From the NCBI GenBank assembly GCA_047619465.1, contig JBLHJW010000001.1, forward strand, positions 8,911 through 72,910: DNA of 64,000 nucleotides, given 5' to 3'. The translations under genes were made by a program, and so were the position numbers. Below, piece by piece: positions 23,167 through 32,671 of this stretch. The first letter of the stretch is position 1; each line of letters opens with the position of its first letter. This DNA is from Minisyncoccia bacterium (GTDB lineage Bacteria; Patescibacteriota; Minisyncoccia; Phycocordibacterales; CSBR16-119). A model generated the notes under the pieces. It was not told the DNA's origin, made no database searches, and saw nothing but the letters and a program-made list of their open reading frames with translations.

Positions 23167-24390
23167 ATGAAAACCTGGAAAATCATCATTCTGGCAATTG
23201 GAGACCTGGTTGCGGCATATGCATCACTATTTTTAATGCTTAAAATTTCTTTCGGAGAAAAACAAGGCACTGCGGCGGAAGACCATATACTTCCCTTCTC
23301 TGTTATTTTTGGTATATGGATTATTGTTCTTTTTATTTTTGATCAGTATGACCCAATTGCTGGACGGCCAAAAGTCTACAACATGAAACGCCTTGGATAT
23401 GCTTTAACAACTGCTTTTTTTACTGGAACAATTGTTTTCTACGTTGGACAATTTGGAATAAATCCAAAACTAAACCTTCTTCTAGTTTTTGTTTTTTTTG
23501 TTATTTTATATATTTCTTGGAGACGTATTGTTTTCAAACTACTAGGAGGCGCTTTTGTGGAGCGAGTCTATTTTCTAGATTCAAATGAATATGTGTCTAT
23601 ACTCAAATCAACAATCAAAGGAAATCCTCAGCTTGGATATGCCCTTGTTGAAACTGAAAGTGAATCAGATATAGTCATCTCTAAAATACCATTTTCACGA
23701 GGGAAAAAACTACTATCTCTTGCGGGTGCATATGAGAGTATAATGCAAAAAATACCAGTTGATATAGCTGAAAAAACTCTTGGCTATCAAATAGAATCTC
23801 GCCAAGAAAATATACTAGGAGTCTTTCTAAAAAGATCTTTTGACATTGTTTTCTCTCTTACGGCTTTAGCTGCAACATCTTGGCTGTGGCCAATCATAAT
23901 AGCTGGAATAAAGTTAGACGATCGAGGTCCTGTGCTATACACACACAAAAGAGTTGGACTTGATAACAAACCTTTCTCTTTTATCAAATTCAGGTCCATG
24001 AAAGTTGACGCAGAAAAAGACGGCGCAGTCTGGGCAGAAAAGGAAGACTCTAGAGTTACAAAATTTGGACGGTTCTTACGAAAAAGCCATCTAGATGAAA
24101 TCCCTCAAATGATCAATGTCCTCCGTGGAGATATGTCTGTTGTTGGACCCAGACCTGAGCGACCAGAATTTGTCTCGCAGCTAGAGGAAGAAATACCTTT
24201 GTATGACCTGCGACACATTATCAAACCCGGGTTTACTGGATGGGCTCAAATAAAGTACCGTTATGCTAGAACAGTCTCTGAGTCAAAAGAGAAATTTGAG
24301 TACGATCTATACTACATAAAGAACAAAAGTTTCATTCTTGATATGGGTGTAATGCTTAAAACAGTCCAGATTGTTGTGACTCATTTATAA
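23167..24390 (+). CDS. polyprenyl glycosylphosphotransferase (Bac_transf, priming sugar transferase)
   Basis: KRSFDI, KFRSM, DSRVTKFGRFLRKSHLDEIPQ, GDMSVVGPRPERP, KPGFTGWAQ. Confidence 0.93.
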   Translation: MKTWKIIILAIGDLVAAYASLFLMLKISFGEKQGTAAEDHILPFSVIFGIWIIVLFIFDQYDPIAGRPKVYNMKRLGYALTTAFFTGTIVFYVGQFGINPKLNLLLVFVFFVILYISWRRIVFKLLGGAFVERVYFLDSNEYVSILKSTIKGNPQLGYALVETESESDIVISKIPFSRGKKLLSLAGAYESIMQKIPVDIAEKTLGYQIESRQENILGVFLKRSFDIVFSLTALAATSWLWPIIIAGIKLDDRGPVLYTHKRVGLDNKPFSFIKFRSMKVDAEKDGAVWAEKEDSRVTKFGRFLRKSHLDEIPQMINVLRGDMSVVGPRPERPEFVSQLEEEIPLYDLRHIIKPGFTGWAQIKYRYARTVSESKEKFEYDLYYIKNKSFILDMGVMLKTVQIVVTHL

Positions 24391-24420
24391 GTAAGTTAAT
24401 CTACATAAGATTGAAACCCA

Positions 24421-24629
24421 TAATCTTTTTTGTCGTTTCGAATATCTTTACATTAGAATAATCCACTTGTCTTTGAGAACGCAGTGCGACTTTATCCCGT
24501 TAGAGCAAAGCGAGTTATAGGATAAGAAGTACTCTTGTGGTGAAGCAATCCAGTCTTACCTACTAGACCTAAGTGTTTTTGCACGAATCAAAGCAATTTT
24601 TGTCATTGCAAGGCACGAAGCAATCCAGA
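24421..24629. repeat. cluster of degenerate CGTC-type REP-like units
   Basis: TGTCATTGCAAGGCACGAAGCAATCCAG (24601-24628), GTGAAGCAATCCAG (24540-24553) and TGTTTTTGCACGAATCAAAGCAAT, between convergent genes. Confidence 0.65.
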
Positions 24630-24656
24630 ATTAATAACTTTTATTAATAGTTTAGG

Positions 24657-25760
24657 CTACAGAGATTTATAAACCTCTGTAGTTTTTTTGATCATTTTTT
24701 CAAAAGAATATTTTTCTTCGACATGTTTTCTGAAAGAAACACCTAGGGAGTTTCTCCTGTCTTTATTATTCAAAAGATCTTTTATAGCCTTATTTAGAGT
24801 GGCTGGATCCTTTGATGGAACTAGGACTCCACTCCTAATCAGGATCTCTGAGACTCCCCCAACATCTGTCGCAACCGTAGGGATTCCTAGCTGGCCAGCT
24901 TCAAGAAGAACATATGGTAGCCCTTCCTTTATGGATGGTAGAACAAATACATCAAAAGCCTTCATGTACTTTGCTCCATCTGGAACAAAGCCTAAAAGAA
25001 ATACTTTATCTTCCATCTTCAGAGCTTCTACTTGGTTTAAAATCTCTTTTCTTAGTTCTCCATCACTCATCAAGACAAGATAGCAATCTAAATCTTTTAT
25101 TGCTTCAACTAAATACTTATGCCCTTTGTTTGAATGAAGCTCTGCATTTACCCCAACCCAAAGCTTGTCTGTTGGAATCTTTTTAAACTTCTGAAGCTCT
25201 TCTTTTGCGGCACTAGGATCAAAAGGGTTTTCAATAATGACTCCATGTGGAATATATACTATTTTCTTAGAAACAAAAGGCAGAGCCTTTCCTTTTTTCT
25301 CATCATCTATAGATGGAACTATTACAACGTGAGAAAGAATTGCAGTGAACCAACTGAATAAATAAATCAAGCTTTTAACGAAAATATTTTTGTCTTCTTT
25401 AAATGGCCATCCATGTGCTGTAAAGACAATTTTCTTTACACCTAGAATTCTCCCAGCAAAAGCCCCCAGCCCTCCAAGCTTCGAACTATTCACGTGAATA
25501 ATGTCTGGTTTTTCTTTTTTAATAATCTGAAAAATCTCGGAGAAAAGCCGGAATTCCTTCACCATGGAAATATCTCTCTCGGAGTTGATTAGCTTGCCCT
25601 GGTTAATAGCCTTGCTTCCAAGCTCATCTTGGAGGCGGCCTGTCCCACCAGAATATACAGATACATCAAATCCAGCACCATCCATAGAAAGAGCCAGATC
25701 ATACACATACTTCTGTGCCCCACCCCAATTTGATTTTGTAATAAAATAGATTATTTTCAT
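24657..25760 (-). CDS. glycosyltransferase family 4
   Basis: GGAQKY, KPDIIH, TAHGW, FVLPSIKEGLPYVLLEA, TDVGGVSE. Confidence 0.93.
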   Translation of the reverse strand: MKIIYFITKSNWGGAQKYVYDLALSMDGAGFDVSVYSGGTGRLQDELGSKAINQGKLINSERDISMVKEFRLFSEIFQIIKKEKPDIIHVNSSKLGGLGAFAGRILGVKKIVFTAHGWPFKEDKNIFVKSLIYLFSWFTAILSHVVIVPSIDDEKKGKALPFVSKKIVYIPHGVIIENPFDPSAAKEELQKFKKIPTDKLWVGVNAELHSNKGHKYLVEAIKDLDCYLVLMSDGELRKEILNQVEALKMEDKVFLLGFVPDGAKYMKAFDVFVLPSIKEGLPYVLLEAGQLGIPTVATDVGGVSEILIRSGVLVPSKDPATLNKAIKDLLNNKDRRNSLGVSFRKHVEEKYSFEKMIKKTTEVYKSL

Positions 25761-25776
25761 GATAGGTTCAAGTAAA

Positions 25777-26616
25777 CTAAAATATCTTTTTCCATATTAA
25801 AGCAAAGCCTCTATGTGTCATCCTAAAAATAAAGAAATTTCTTGTCACAATAAACTCTGCGATCAATCTCCCAAAATAAACCCAGAAATATATGTTTCGC
25901 CAATAGTTATTTATACTAACGAATAGAGCAGGAATAAAATTTTCTGCATATATTTTTATTTTCCCATACCTTTTATGTAAATCTAATCTGTCAGTATAAT
26001 AAGTATAAAGAACCTCTTCTAATACATCAAAAATATACCCCTCATTAATTAATGTTAAGAACAAGACAAGATCCTCTGGTCTATACATGACCGGGTATAA
26101 ATGACTATCAAAAACCTCTCGTCTTACCATCATTGTGGGGTGTAACATCATAGACTTGGTAAAGAAATTTTTTGTTATTTCTTTGTAATATATCCTTTTT
26201 GGCTTCCTTTGTACAACACGACCGTCTTCCGAAACCTCTTCCCACCATGTGAACAATAGATCTACATTTTTGTTACTCTCCAAAAAATTAATCTGCTTTG
26301 CAAGTTTATCAGAAAAATGACACTCATCATCAGCATCCATTCTTGAAATATATTTACCCTTAGCAACCTTAAGGGCATTATTAAGAGAATCACCTAGACC
26401 AACATTTTTTATATTTTGAATTATTTTCACCCTGCCATCCCCATCAGACAATTCTCTGATTTTTTTCAAAGCAGGAGTGTTCAATGGGTTATCTAAAACA
26501 ATAATAAACTCAAAATCTACGTAACTCTGGTCTAAAACACCGGAGATGGCGCTCTCTATTTGAGTGATATTTTCTTTGTAAACGGCCATGATTACCGAGA
26601 CGACAGGCTTGTTCAT
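25777..26616 (-). CDS. glycosyltransferase family 2
   Basis: VSVIMAVY, DFEFIIV, NVGLGDSLN, RMDADD. Confidence 0.92.
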   Translation of the reverse strand: MNKPVVSVIMAVYKENITQIESAISGVLDQSYVDFEFIIVLDNPLNTPALKKIRELSDGDGRVKIIQNIKNVGLGDSLNNALKVAKGKYISRMDADDECHFSDKLAKQINFLESNKNVDLLFTWWEEVSEDGRVVQRKPKRIYYKEITKNFFTKSMMLHPTMMVRREVFDSHLYPVMYRPEDLVLFLTLINEGYIFDVLEEVLYTYYTDRLDLHKRYGKIKIYAENFIPALFVSINNYWRNIYFWVYFGRLIAEFIVTRNFFIFRMTHRGFALIWKKIF

Positions 26617-26653
26617 ATACATGGTATTATACATCAGGTAAGAATATACTCAT

Positions 26654-27508
26654 ATGAAAAATAACATTCCTAAAAAAATATGGATATTATGGCTACAAGG
26701 CTGGGAAAATGCACCAGAGATTGTAAAGGAATGCCGAAAATCATGGGAGAAACTCAATCCAGATTGGGAGGTTGTAGCGCTTGATAATATTACTCTCTCA
26801 CAATATATTGATAGTGAAGAGTATTTAAACAACCCTAAGATTCCACCTCAGGCACTATCAGATATTATCAGAATACTTCTTCTAAAAAAACATGGTGGTG
26901 TCTGGGCAGATGCGAGTGTCTTCTGCTCAAAACCCCTTAATGAATGGGTTTATGATCATACCCCAAGGGGCTTTTTTGCATTTTCCAAGCCTGGTCCTTA
27001 TTATGACAAACTAACATCAAGCTGGTTTCTTGTCTCTGAGAAAAATAATATTGTTATTAGTGAATGGTTGATGGAAACCAAACTGTTTTGGAGCAAAGGC
27101 CCGGTTGCACCCGCAACAATAACTAAAACGTATCATAAACTATCTCACATCTTGATAATGCTTAGGCAATCTTGGGTTCTTAAGAAAAGTCAATTTTTTC
27201 TAAAAAAATCTCTGGGACTATTTCCATATTTCTGGTTTCATTATATTTTTGATAAACTATATGCAAGGAACAAGGAAGTTAAAAAAATATGGGATTATAC
27301 TCCGCATATTAGCGCTGATGGGCCTCATAAACTTATTTTTTATGGACTTGAAAAAGACACTACAAAAGAAATTCTCTCGTTTATCAATAGTAATGAGTCT
27401 TTTGTACACAAACTCTCTTGGCGTACAGACATTACACGTGAAGATCTAAAGAATTCTTCTGTAAATATTTTAATAGACACTACGAAGAATAAATATTCAT
27501 TTTACTAA
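26654..27508 (+). CDS. capsular polysaccharide synthesis protein (Caps_synth/GT32-like DxD glycosyltransferase)
   Basis: IPKKIWILWLQG, SDIIRILLLKKHGGVWADA, YFWFH. Confidence 0.85.
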   Translation: MKNNIPKKIWILWLQGWENAPEIVKECRKSWEKLNPDWEVVALDNITLSQYIDSEEYLNNPKIPPQALSDIIRILLLKKHGGVWADASVFCSKPLNEWVYDHTPRGFFAFSKPGPYYDKLTSSWFLVSEKNNIVISEWLMETKLFWSKGPVAPATITKTYHKLSHILIMLRQSWVLKKSQFFLKKSLGLFPYFWFHYIFDKLYARNKEVKKIWDYTPHISADGPHKLIFYGLEKDTTKEILSFINSNESFVHKLSWRTDITREDLKNSSVNILIDTTKNKYSFY

Positions 27509-27510
27509 AC

Positions 27511-28287
27511 ATGAAAGAAAAAATAAGAGATGAAATATTAAATCATAAGAGAATCGCAAGAATCATATTCCCAATATATGTTTTTCTCTCATACCCGATT
27601 AAATTAGTTATATACGGAGCCGGTGACCCTCCAGCATATTTTATTTTTAAAAAGAGCAAGTTAATTTATCTAGTGAACTCGAAAGTTGCACAGACAGCAA
27701 TAACAAACACATGCGGAAACAAGAACAAAACTGAGTATTCAGGTATCGAAGAAAAGAATCTTGGAGAGAATAAAGATAAACTTAGTAAAAATGAAGAAGA
27801 TTACTATTCTTTTACTTTTGTAAGAAACCCTTTTGAAAGACTCTACTCCTGCTATAAATCAAAATATATAGCAGATAAAGAACGATACAAAAAACCGTTC
27901 CTCGATTTTGATTTCTATCTATTAGGATATCTAAAAAAAGACACTGGATTTGAAAACTTTGTAAAACGAGCGATGAGAGTGCCTCACTTTTTAGCAGACA
28001 GGCACTTTAAGTCCCAATACACTCTTATTAAGGAAGAAAGCAGACTAAAGATCGACTACATAGGCAGGTATGAAAGTATTAGTGATGATTTTAAAAAAAT
28101 ACAAGACCGTTTTAACCTTGAAACTCTTCCCCTCCTAAACAAATCAGGTAGCAACACCTGGAGAGATTTCTACACAAAAGATTTAGTGTCCATTGTTTCT
28201 GAATTTTATAAGGAAGATCTAAAGGAGTGGTACCCAAGTGCAGAAAGTGAATTAATTGAATATATATCAAAAAAGAAACCTAGCTAG
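27511..28287 (+). CDS. sulfotransferase family 2 protein
   Basis: KVAQTA (5'-PSB-like), FTFVRNPFERLYSCY (3'-PB), HFKSQ, DYIGRYE. Confidence 0.85.
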   Translation: MKEKIRDEILNHKRIARIIFPIYVFLSYPIKLVIYGAGDPPAYFIFKKSKLIYLVNSKVAQTAITNTCGNKNKTEYSGIEEKNLGENKDKLSKNEEDYYSFTFVRNPFERLYSCYKSKYIADKERYKKPFLDFDFYLLGYLKKDTGFENFVKRAMRVPHFLADRHFKSQYTLIKEESRLKIDYIGRYESISDDFKKIQDRFNLETLPLLNKSGSNTWRDFYTKDLVSIVSEFYKEDLKEWYPSAESELIEYISKKKPS

Positions 28288-28298
28288 GTTTCTTTTTT
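28269..28298. repeat. perfect 30-bp palindrome shared by two convergent gene ends
   Basis: AAAAAAGAAACCTAG|CTAGGTTTCTTTTTT; encodes KKKPS* on both strands. Confidence 0.9.
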
Positions 28299-29011
28299 TC
28301 TAAATAAGCCATCAATTTTTTATACTCTCCTTCATAGCCAAGCATCTCAAAATCTTTCTTGTATCGCTTATACACAATACCTGCAAGCTCCTTTGTGTAG
28401 AAACATCTCCAGTCCCCTTTTTGGGTGTCATGTATATGAGGCAAAGAAAGCAGGTCAAAACTCTCCTGTATCCGTTTGAAATCACCCGCCAAATTCTCGT
28501 AGTGACCAAGGTAATCGTATAGTGGCTTTCTTCTTAGAAAAAGAATGTCTTGCTGTGACTGGAAATGTTGATCCGAAAAAAAGTCTGGAATTTTGGCAAT
28601 CTTTTTTACAAAAGACTCAAAGGTTTCATCTTTTTCAATTGTTGCGAAGCCATAATAATTTCTCCTAAGGGCAATTTTGCTTTTTTCAATTTTGTGAATA
28701 TAGCAAGATGCTATCCTGTCAAATGGATTTCTTACAAAAGTAAACTTAAAGAAATCCTTTTTCTGCTTCCTTGTTAAAAAAGGCCGGTTCAACTTTCTAC
28801 TGACCTGCTTATGTGTGCGGTCTTCACCAACAGAATCCAAACTATCTGCAAAAGACTCCTTAATGGAAGAACATCCAGTCTTTGGAACAACTATATAGAC
28901 TAACTTTTTTTTATTCTCAATAATAAAATTTGTAAGACTAAAGTTGTCATGATACAATCGAATCATCAAACTTCTAATAATCCTAACAATTGGGTTATTT
29001 CTTTTTTTCAT
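28280..29011 (-). CDS. sulfotransferase family 2 protein
   Basis: PKTGCSS, FTFVRNPFDRIASCY, HFQSQ, DYLGHYE. Confidence 0.88.
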   Translation of the reverse strand: MKKRNNPIVRIIRSLMIRLYHDNFSLTNFIIENKKKLVYIVVPKTGCSSIKESFADSLDSVGEDRTHKQVSRKLNRPFLTRKQKKDFFKFTFVRNPFDRIASCYIHKIEKSKIALRRNYYGFATIEKDETFESFVKKIAKIPDFFSDQHFQSQQDILFLRRKPLYDYLGHYENLAGDFKRIQESFDLLSLPHIHDTQKGDWRCFYTKELAGIVYKRYKKDFEMLGYEGEYKKLMAYLEKKKPS

Positions 29012-30272
29012 GATTTAGATACTTTAACATTATTATTTGGACAACAATAGCAATTACAAATTCTGTTGGCAAAGCAAGGGAAATCACAAGGTTTTTATTT
29101 TCAGAATGATATGATAGCAAGAAAAAAGTTACAACAAAAGCGACCAACCCTACAGTCCGATAGAAATACATAATCTTAATCTGTTTGGTTGCAACAAACA
29201 ACTGATCAAGCAAGTTTCGAATTGGGGCAAGGAATATTAAAGAACCCAGAAAAATGCTGGGAAGAACAAAATCAGTGTACTCAGGAAAAAAATGCCTAAT
29301 TAGAGATCCTGAGATCAATGTATAAAAAACAAAAATTGCGAACAGAAAAATAAAATAAGCAAATATTTTTTTGTAAAAAATTATTCTTTCAGATGTAAGA
29401 CTCCAGTCTTTCCCAGCAAGTTTTGGCAAGGATAGCTGTGTGACAAAACCTGTCAAACCTCTAATAGCATTGGGAAAAGCGAGGGCTACAACATATCCAG
29501 CAAGCATTACTGGGCCTAAGAAGTGCCAGACCATAAGCTTATCCATTTGATCAGATACTGTAGTCAGAACCCCCGTTAATGATAGTTTTTTTCCATAAGA
29601 AATAACTTCTTTGGTTTGGATCTCATCATATCTCTCATCAATTTTCTTGGCGGTCATTTTAAAAAGGGCGCTTCTTGAGATTAATTGCCCAAGGAAAAAT
29701 GCAAGAACCACAGCAAGTACATTATCTGTAAACAACACCGCAAGAATCACAAATAATGATTGAACCATAAGCCCACCAATCTGGTATATAGAAAATAGCT
29801 TAAAATTCTTTTTTCCTCTATAGTAGGCCGTATACAGGTGTAAAGATTCAATAAACGGAAGCAGAGGAGAAACTAATAGAAAAACAAGGCCAAGAGTCTG
29901 ATTGCTTCTTATGAAGTAATAGAGTGATAATCCAAGGGCAACTAAAAAACCAATAAAGCTCCATTTTATACGCTTTTTAACAACCCTCCAAAGTGAAACT
30001 TTCTCGTTTTTTGAAAATGCCAAGGTTATAGCATTATCCATTCCAGGAAGTGAGAATATGAAAAGGAGAGAGATTGTTGAAATAACATATTTATAAACAC
30101 CAAAATCCTCCTTAGAAAGATGGGTTGTCAAAAATAAAGTAACAACAAAGCCTATAGCAGCCGCAGCCGCTTTAAAAAGCATTAACCAAAAACCACCCTG
30201 AGCAATATATGTCATATCTGTTTTTGTATATTTCTCTGTAAATTTTAATGCTTTTTTAATTTTTTCTAACAT
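28995..30272 (-). CDS. oligosaccharide flippase (Wzx-like)
   Basis: About 12 TM, LSKEDFGVYKY, DQMDKLMVWHFLGP; located in the glycan cluster. Confidence 0.85.
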   Translation of the reverse strand: MLEKIKKALKFTEKYTKTDMTYIAQGGFWLMLFKAAAAAIGFVVTLFLTTHLSKEDFGVYKYVISTISLLFIFSLPGMDNAITLAFSKNEKVSLWRVVKKRIKWSFIGFLVALGLSLYYFIRSNQTLGLVFLLVSPLLPFIESLHLYTAYYRGKKNFKLFSIYQIGGLMVQSLFVILAVLFTDNVLAVVLAFFLGQLISRSALFKMTAKKIDERYDEIQTKEVISYGKKLSLTGVLTTVSDQMDKLMVWHFLGPVMLAGYVVALAFPNAIRGLTGFVTQLSLPKLAGKDWSLTSERIIFYKKIFAYFIFLFAIFVFYTLISGSLIRHFFPEYTDFVLPSIFLGSLIFLAPIRNLLDQLFVATKQIKIMYFYRTVGLVAFVVTFFLLSYHSENKNLVISLALPTEFVIAIVVQIIMLKYLNHEKKK

Positions 30273-30299
30273 AATCTTTCTGTATATTAAAATAAGACT

Positions 30300-30537
30300 C
30301 AACTTTAATTATGTTCGTAGGACCTATCAGTTTTCCATAGTGAAACATGTGACTCTTGTCTTTTTTATTATGATATTAATACAAGTATTCAACACGTGTG
30401 ATATTGAAGAATGAGAACCATCTCTTGGGCCCATTAACCTCTTATCATTTACTTACAAGGGGTTCAGCTAGATATGAGCCATCCTGGCCTGTTATACCGG
30501 TTATTAGGGCTATTTTATTGTTTTCTGGTTGTTCCAT
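30300..30537 (-). pseudogene. gmd: GDP-mannose 4,6-dehydratase 5' fragment (pseudogene)
   Basis: [51 protein letters not shown]...FHYGKLIGPTNIIKV: the gmd signature [12 protein letters not shown] with three in-frame stops and truncation. Confidence 0.88.
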
Positions 30538-30708
30538 ATTGATCAAAGTCTCCTTTATTTATTAATTATATCTCATATTATACCACCTGAAAGCGATCGT
30601 AAAGGATCCGAGAAAATAAAAAACCCTGTCTCTAAAAATTAAGACACTGAAACCTCTTTAATTTAGTGAAATAATTAAAAAAACCGAACATAACTGTCCG
30701 GTTTTCTC

Positions 30709-32166
30709 TTATTCATTTGGCTTCAATCTTGGATAGCAGCAACGATGCCGATAACCAGTCTCATTTTGACCATTATGGGTAACGCTTTGACAATCACCAT
30801 TACCCCAAAGAACAAAATCGTTATTAATATCACTAGTTGCATCATCAACCCATTCCCAATTATTTTTCATATTAACTAAATTTAACTGGCTTTCAAGTTC
30901 GCATGCAGCTCTCCATTGACCAGAAGAACAAAGGTTTCCATCTTTCTCAACACATTTTTTTGATGATTGCCACCAGCTAAGTCCACCAGAGTCGTCTATA
31001 TCAATACAGTAGTTTGCGTTAACGGCAACAGAACCTGTTGGACAACCAATAGAAATAGGGTGAGTTATAACAACACTATCCCCTCCCGAAATAAAAATTG
31101 TATCACCTGAGATACTAAGATATTGAGCTATCCCTAGACCAGGATCGCCCTGCAATCCTTGTAGGCCTGTTGGACCAATGGGTCCAGTTGACCCCTGCAA
31201 ACCAATGATTCCTTGTAATCCCTGAAGTCCTTGTTGTCCTTCAGAGCCTGTGGGACCTGTGGGGCCTGTACTTCCAATCAATCCTTGAGGTCCAGTAGAG
31301 CCAGTAGGTCCTTCTTGGCCATTTAACCCTGTATTACCAACTAAGCCTTGAACCCCTTGCGGTCCGGTAGATCCTGATATCCCTTGCTGACCTTGAATCC
31401 CATTGGGACCCATGACACCTGTTGACCCAGTGGGACCAGATAAACCAATCAAACCTTGTGGACCTTGGATTCCATCTACACCAGTAATACCTTGGGGGCC
31501 AGTGGGTCCAATAGACCCTTGTACACCGATAGAACCATCTTGACCTGGAAACCCTTGAGGGCCTTCTGGACCTGTTGTTCCCTGGATTCCTACAACACCT
31601 TGTGGACCGGTTGCACCTATACTTCCTTGCAGGCCTGTGGAACCTGTCAAACCCTGAGGTCCAGTAGGACCAATTGATCCAGTCAGACCTTGCGGCCCTG
31701 ATAAGCCAATAGGTCCTGTCGGTCCAGCGGGACCTGCAGGGCCAGGATCTTCTGAGCTACCTGATGTTTCAGCATACAGCGCATACGGAACAGATAAGAG
31801 CTGAGAAGCGCCTAGGAATTCATACTCCAAAGAAGATCCATTCCAGAGTTCAATCTTCAGGAAATAATTTCCTGAAGACCAATCTATAGAAGAAAATACA
31901 CCAGAAACAACTTGACCACCTCCAACATGAAGAGTGAATAATCCAAACTGATTTGTTGTAGGACTGTGAACCTCCTGATAGGATGGCTGGTTCTGAGGGT
32001 CAGTAGGTACGATAGAGATTCTAATCTCAATTGATTGATTTACCATAATTATACCTCCAGCGTCACGAGCTACAGCTTGATAGCTAAACCTCTGTGGTGG
32101 AGAAGTCTGCTGAGCAAAAAGAGGGTAAGAAAAAAGCATAGTCACGGCAAGCATTAGATTTTTCAT
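30709..32166 (-). CDS. secreted collagen-like protein: N-terminal beta domain, 67 Gly-X-Y triplets, Cys-rich C-terminal domain
   Basis: Signal peptide; [12 protein letters not shown]...TNQFGLF.L.VG.G...[11 protein letters not shown]; uninterrupted GXY at 31141-31743; C-terminal CPxG..YCID..W..C..LC..W..AC..NWEWVDD..RCC. Confidence 0.9.
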   Translation of the reverse strand: MKNLMLAVTMLFSYPLFAQQTSPPQRFSYQAVARDAGGIIMVNQSIEIRISIVPTDPQNQPSYQEVHSPTTNQFGLFTLHVGGGQVVSGVFSSIDWSSGNYFLKIELWNGSSLEYEFLGASQLLSVPYALYAETSGSSEDPGPAGPAGPTGPIGLSGPQGLTGSIGPTGPQGLTGSTGLQGSIGATGPQGVVGIQGTTGPEGPQGFPGQDGSIGVQGSIGPTGPQGITGVDGIQGPQGLIGLSGPTGSTGVMGPNGIQGQQGISGSTGPQGVQGLVGNTGLNGQEGPTGSTGPQGLIGSTGPTGPTGSEGQQGLQGLQGIIGLQGSTGPIGPTGLQGLQGDPGLGIAQYLSISGDTIFISGGDSVVITHPISIGCPTGSVAVNANYCIDIDDSGGLSWWQSSKKCVEKDGNLCSSGQWRAACELESQLNLVNMKNNWEWVDDATSDINNDFVLWGNGDCQSVTHNGQNETGYRHRCCYPRLKPNE

Positions 32167-32220
32167 TATATTTGGTTTTGAATTTTACGATTTTCCAAAG
32201 TATATCAGAGTCTGTGATTC

Positions 32221-32354
32221 GTTGCGAGGAAAGTTAGTCTTTGCGAATGAAATGAAGCAATCCATTATTTCTGATGGTTTACTTCTAGATTGCCACGTCG
32301 GAATTCCTCGCAATGACGGGTTTTTGTTTTTGCGAGCTTGTCGAAGCAATCCAG
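32221..32354. repeat. CGTC-type REP-like cluster upstream of the GIY-YIG gene
   Basis: GTCTTTGCGAATGAAATGAAGCAATCC, AGATTGCCACGTCGGAATTCCTCGCAATGACG and GTTTTTGCGAGCTTGTCGAAGCAATCCAG in alternating orientation. Confidence 0.85.
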
Positions 32355-32373
32355 GACCATGTATAATAAATTC

Positions 32374-32664
32374 ATGTCACGAAAACTTCCATGTATATAT
32401 ATACTTACAAACAAAAGAAACGGAACCCTTTACACCGGAGTAACTTCGAACCTGAAGCAACGAATTTATCAGCATAAAAATAATGAAACAGAGGGCTTTA
32501 CCAAAAAATATAAAGTTCACATACTTGTATTTTATGAATTTGGCGATTCTATGGAAGGAGCAATTATGAGAGAAAAACAGATAAAGGCTGGATCAAGAAA
32601 GAGAAAAATTGATTTAATAGAAAGAATGAACCCTCTCTGGGAGGATTTATTTGATACTCTGTAA
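32374..32664 (+). CDS. small stand-alone GIY-YIG nuclease (96 aa)
   Basis: CIYILTNKRNGTLYTGVTSNLKQRIYQHK, GFTKKY, LVFYE, AIMREKQIK, LIERMNPLWEDL; catalytic Tyr, Arg and Glu are intact. Confidence 0.93.
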   Translation: MSRKLPCIYILTNKRNGTLYTGVTSNLKQRIYQHKNNETEGFTKKYKVHILVFYEFGDSMEGAIMREKQIKAGSRKRKIDLIERMNPLWEDLFDTL

Positions 32665-32671
32665 GCTAATT

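Noticed and set aside
30440-30450. TGA at a conserved Gly position of gmd, suggesting genetic code 25
   Set aside because: Adjacent TAA stops also break the frame, long genes contain no internal TGA, and other genes (58898-59236, 61021-61467) end in TGA.
30709-31060. Diversity-generating retroelement target (CLec-like C-terminus)
   Set aside because: No reverse transcriptase and no template repeat differing at adenines was found in this window.
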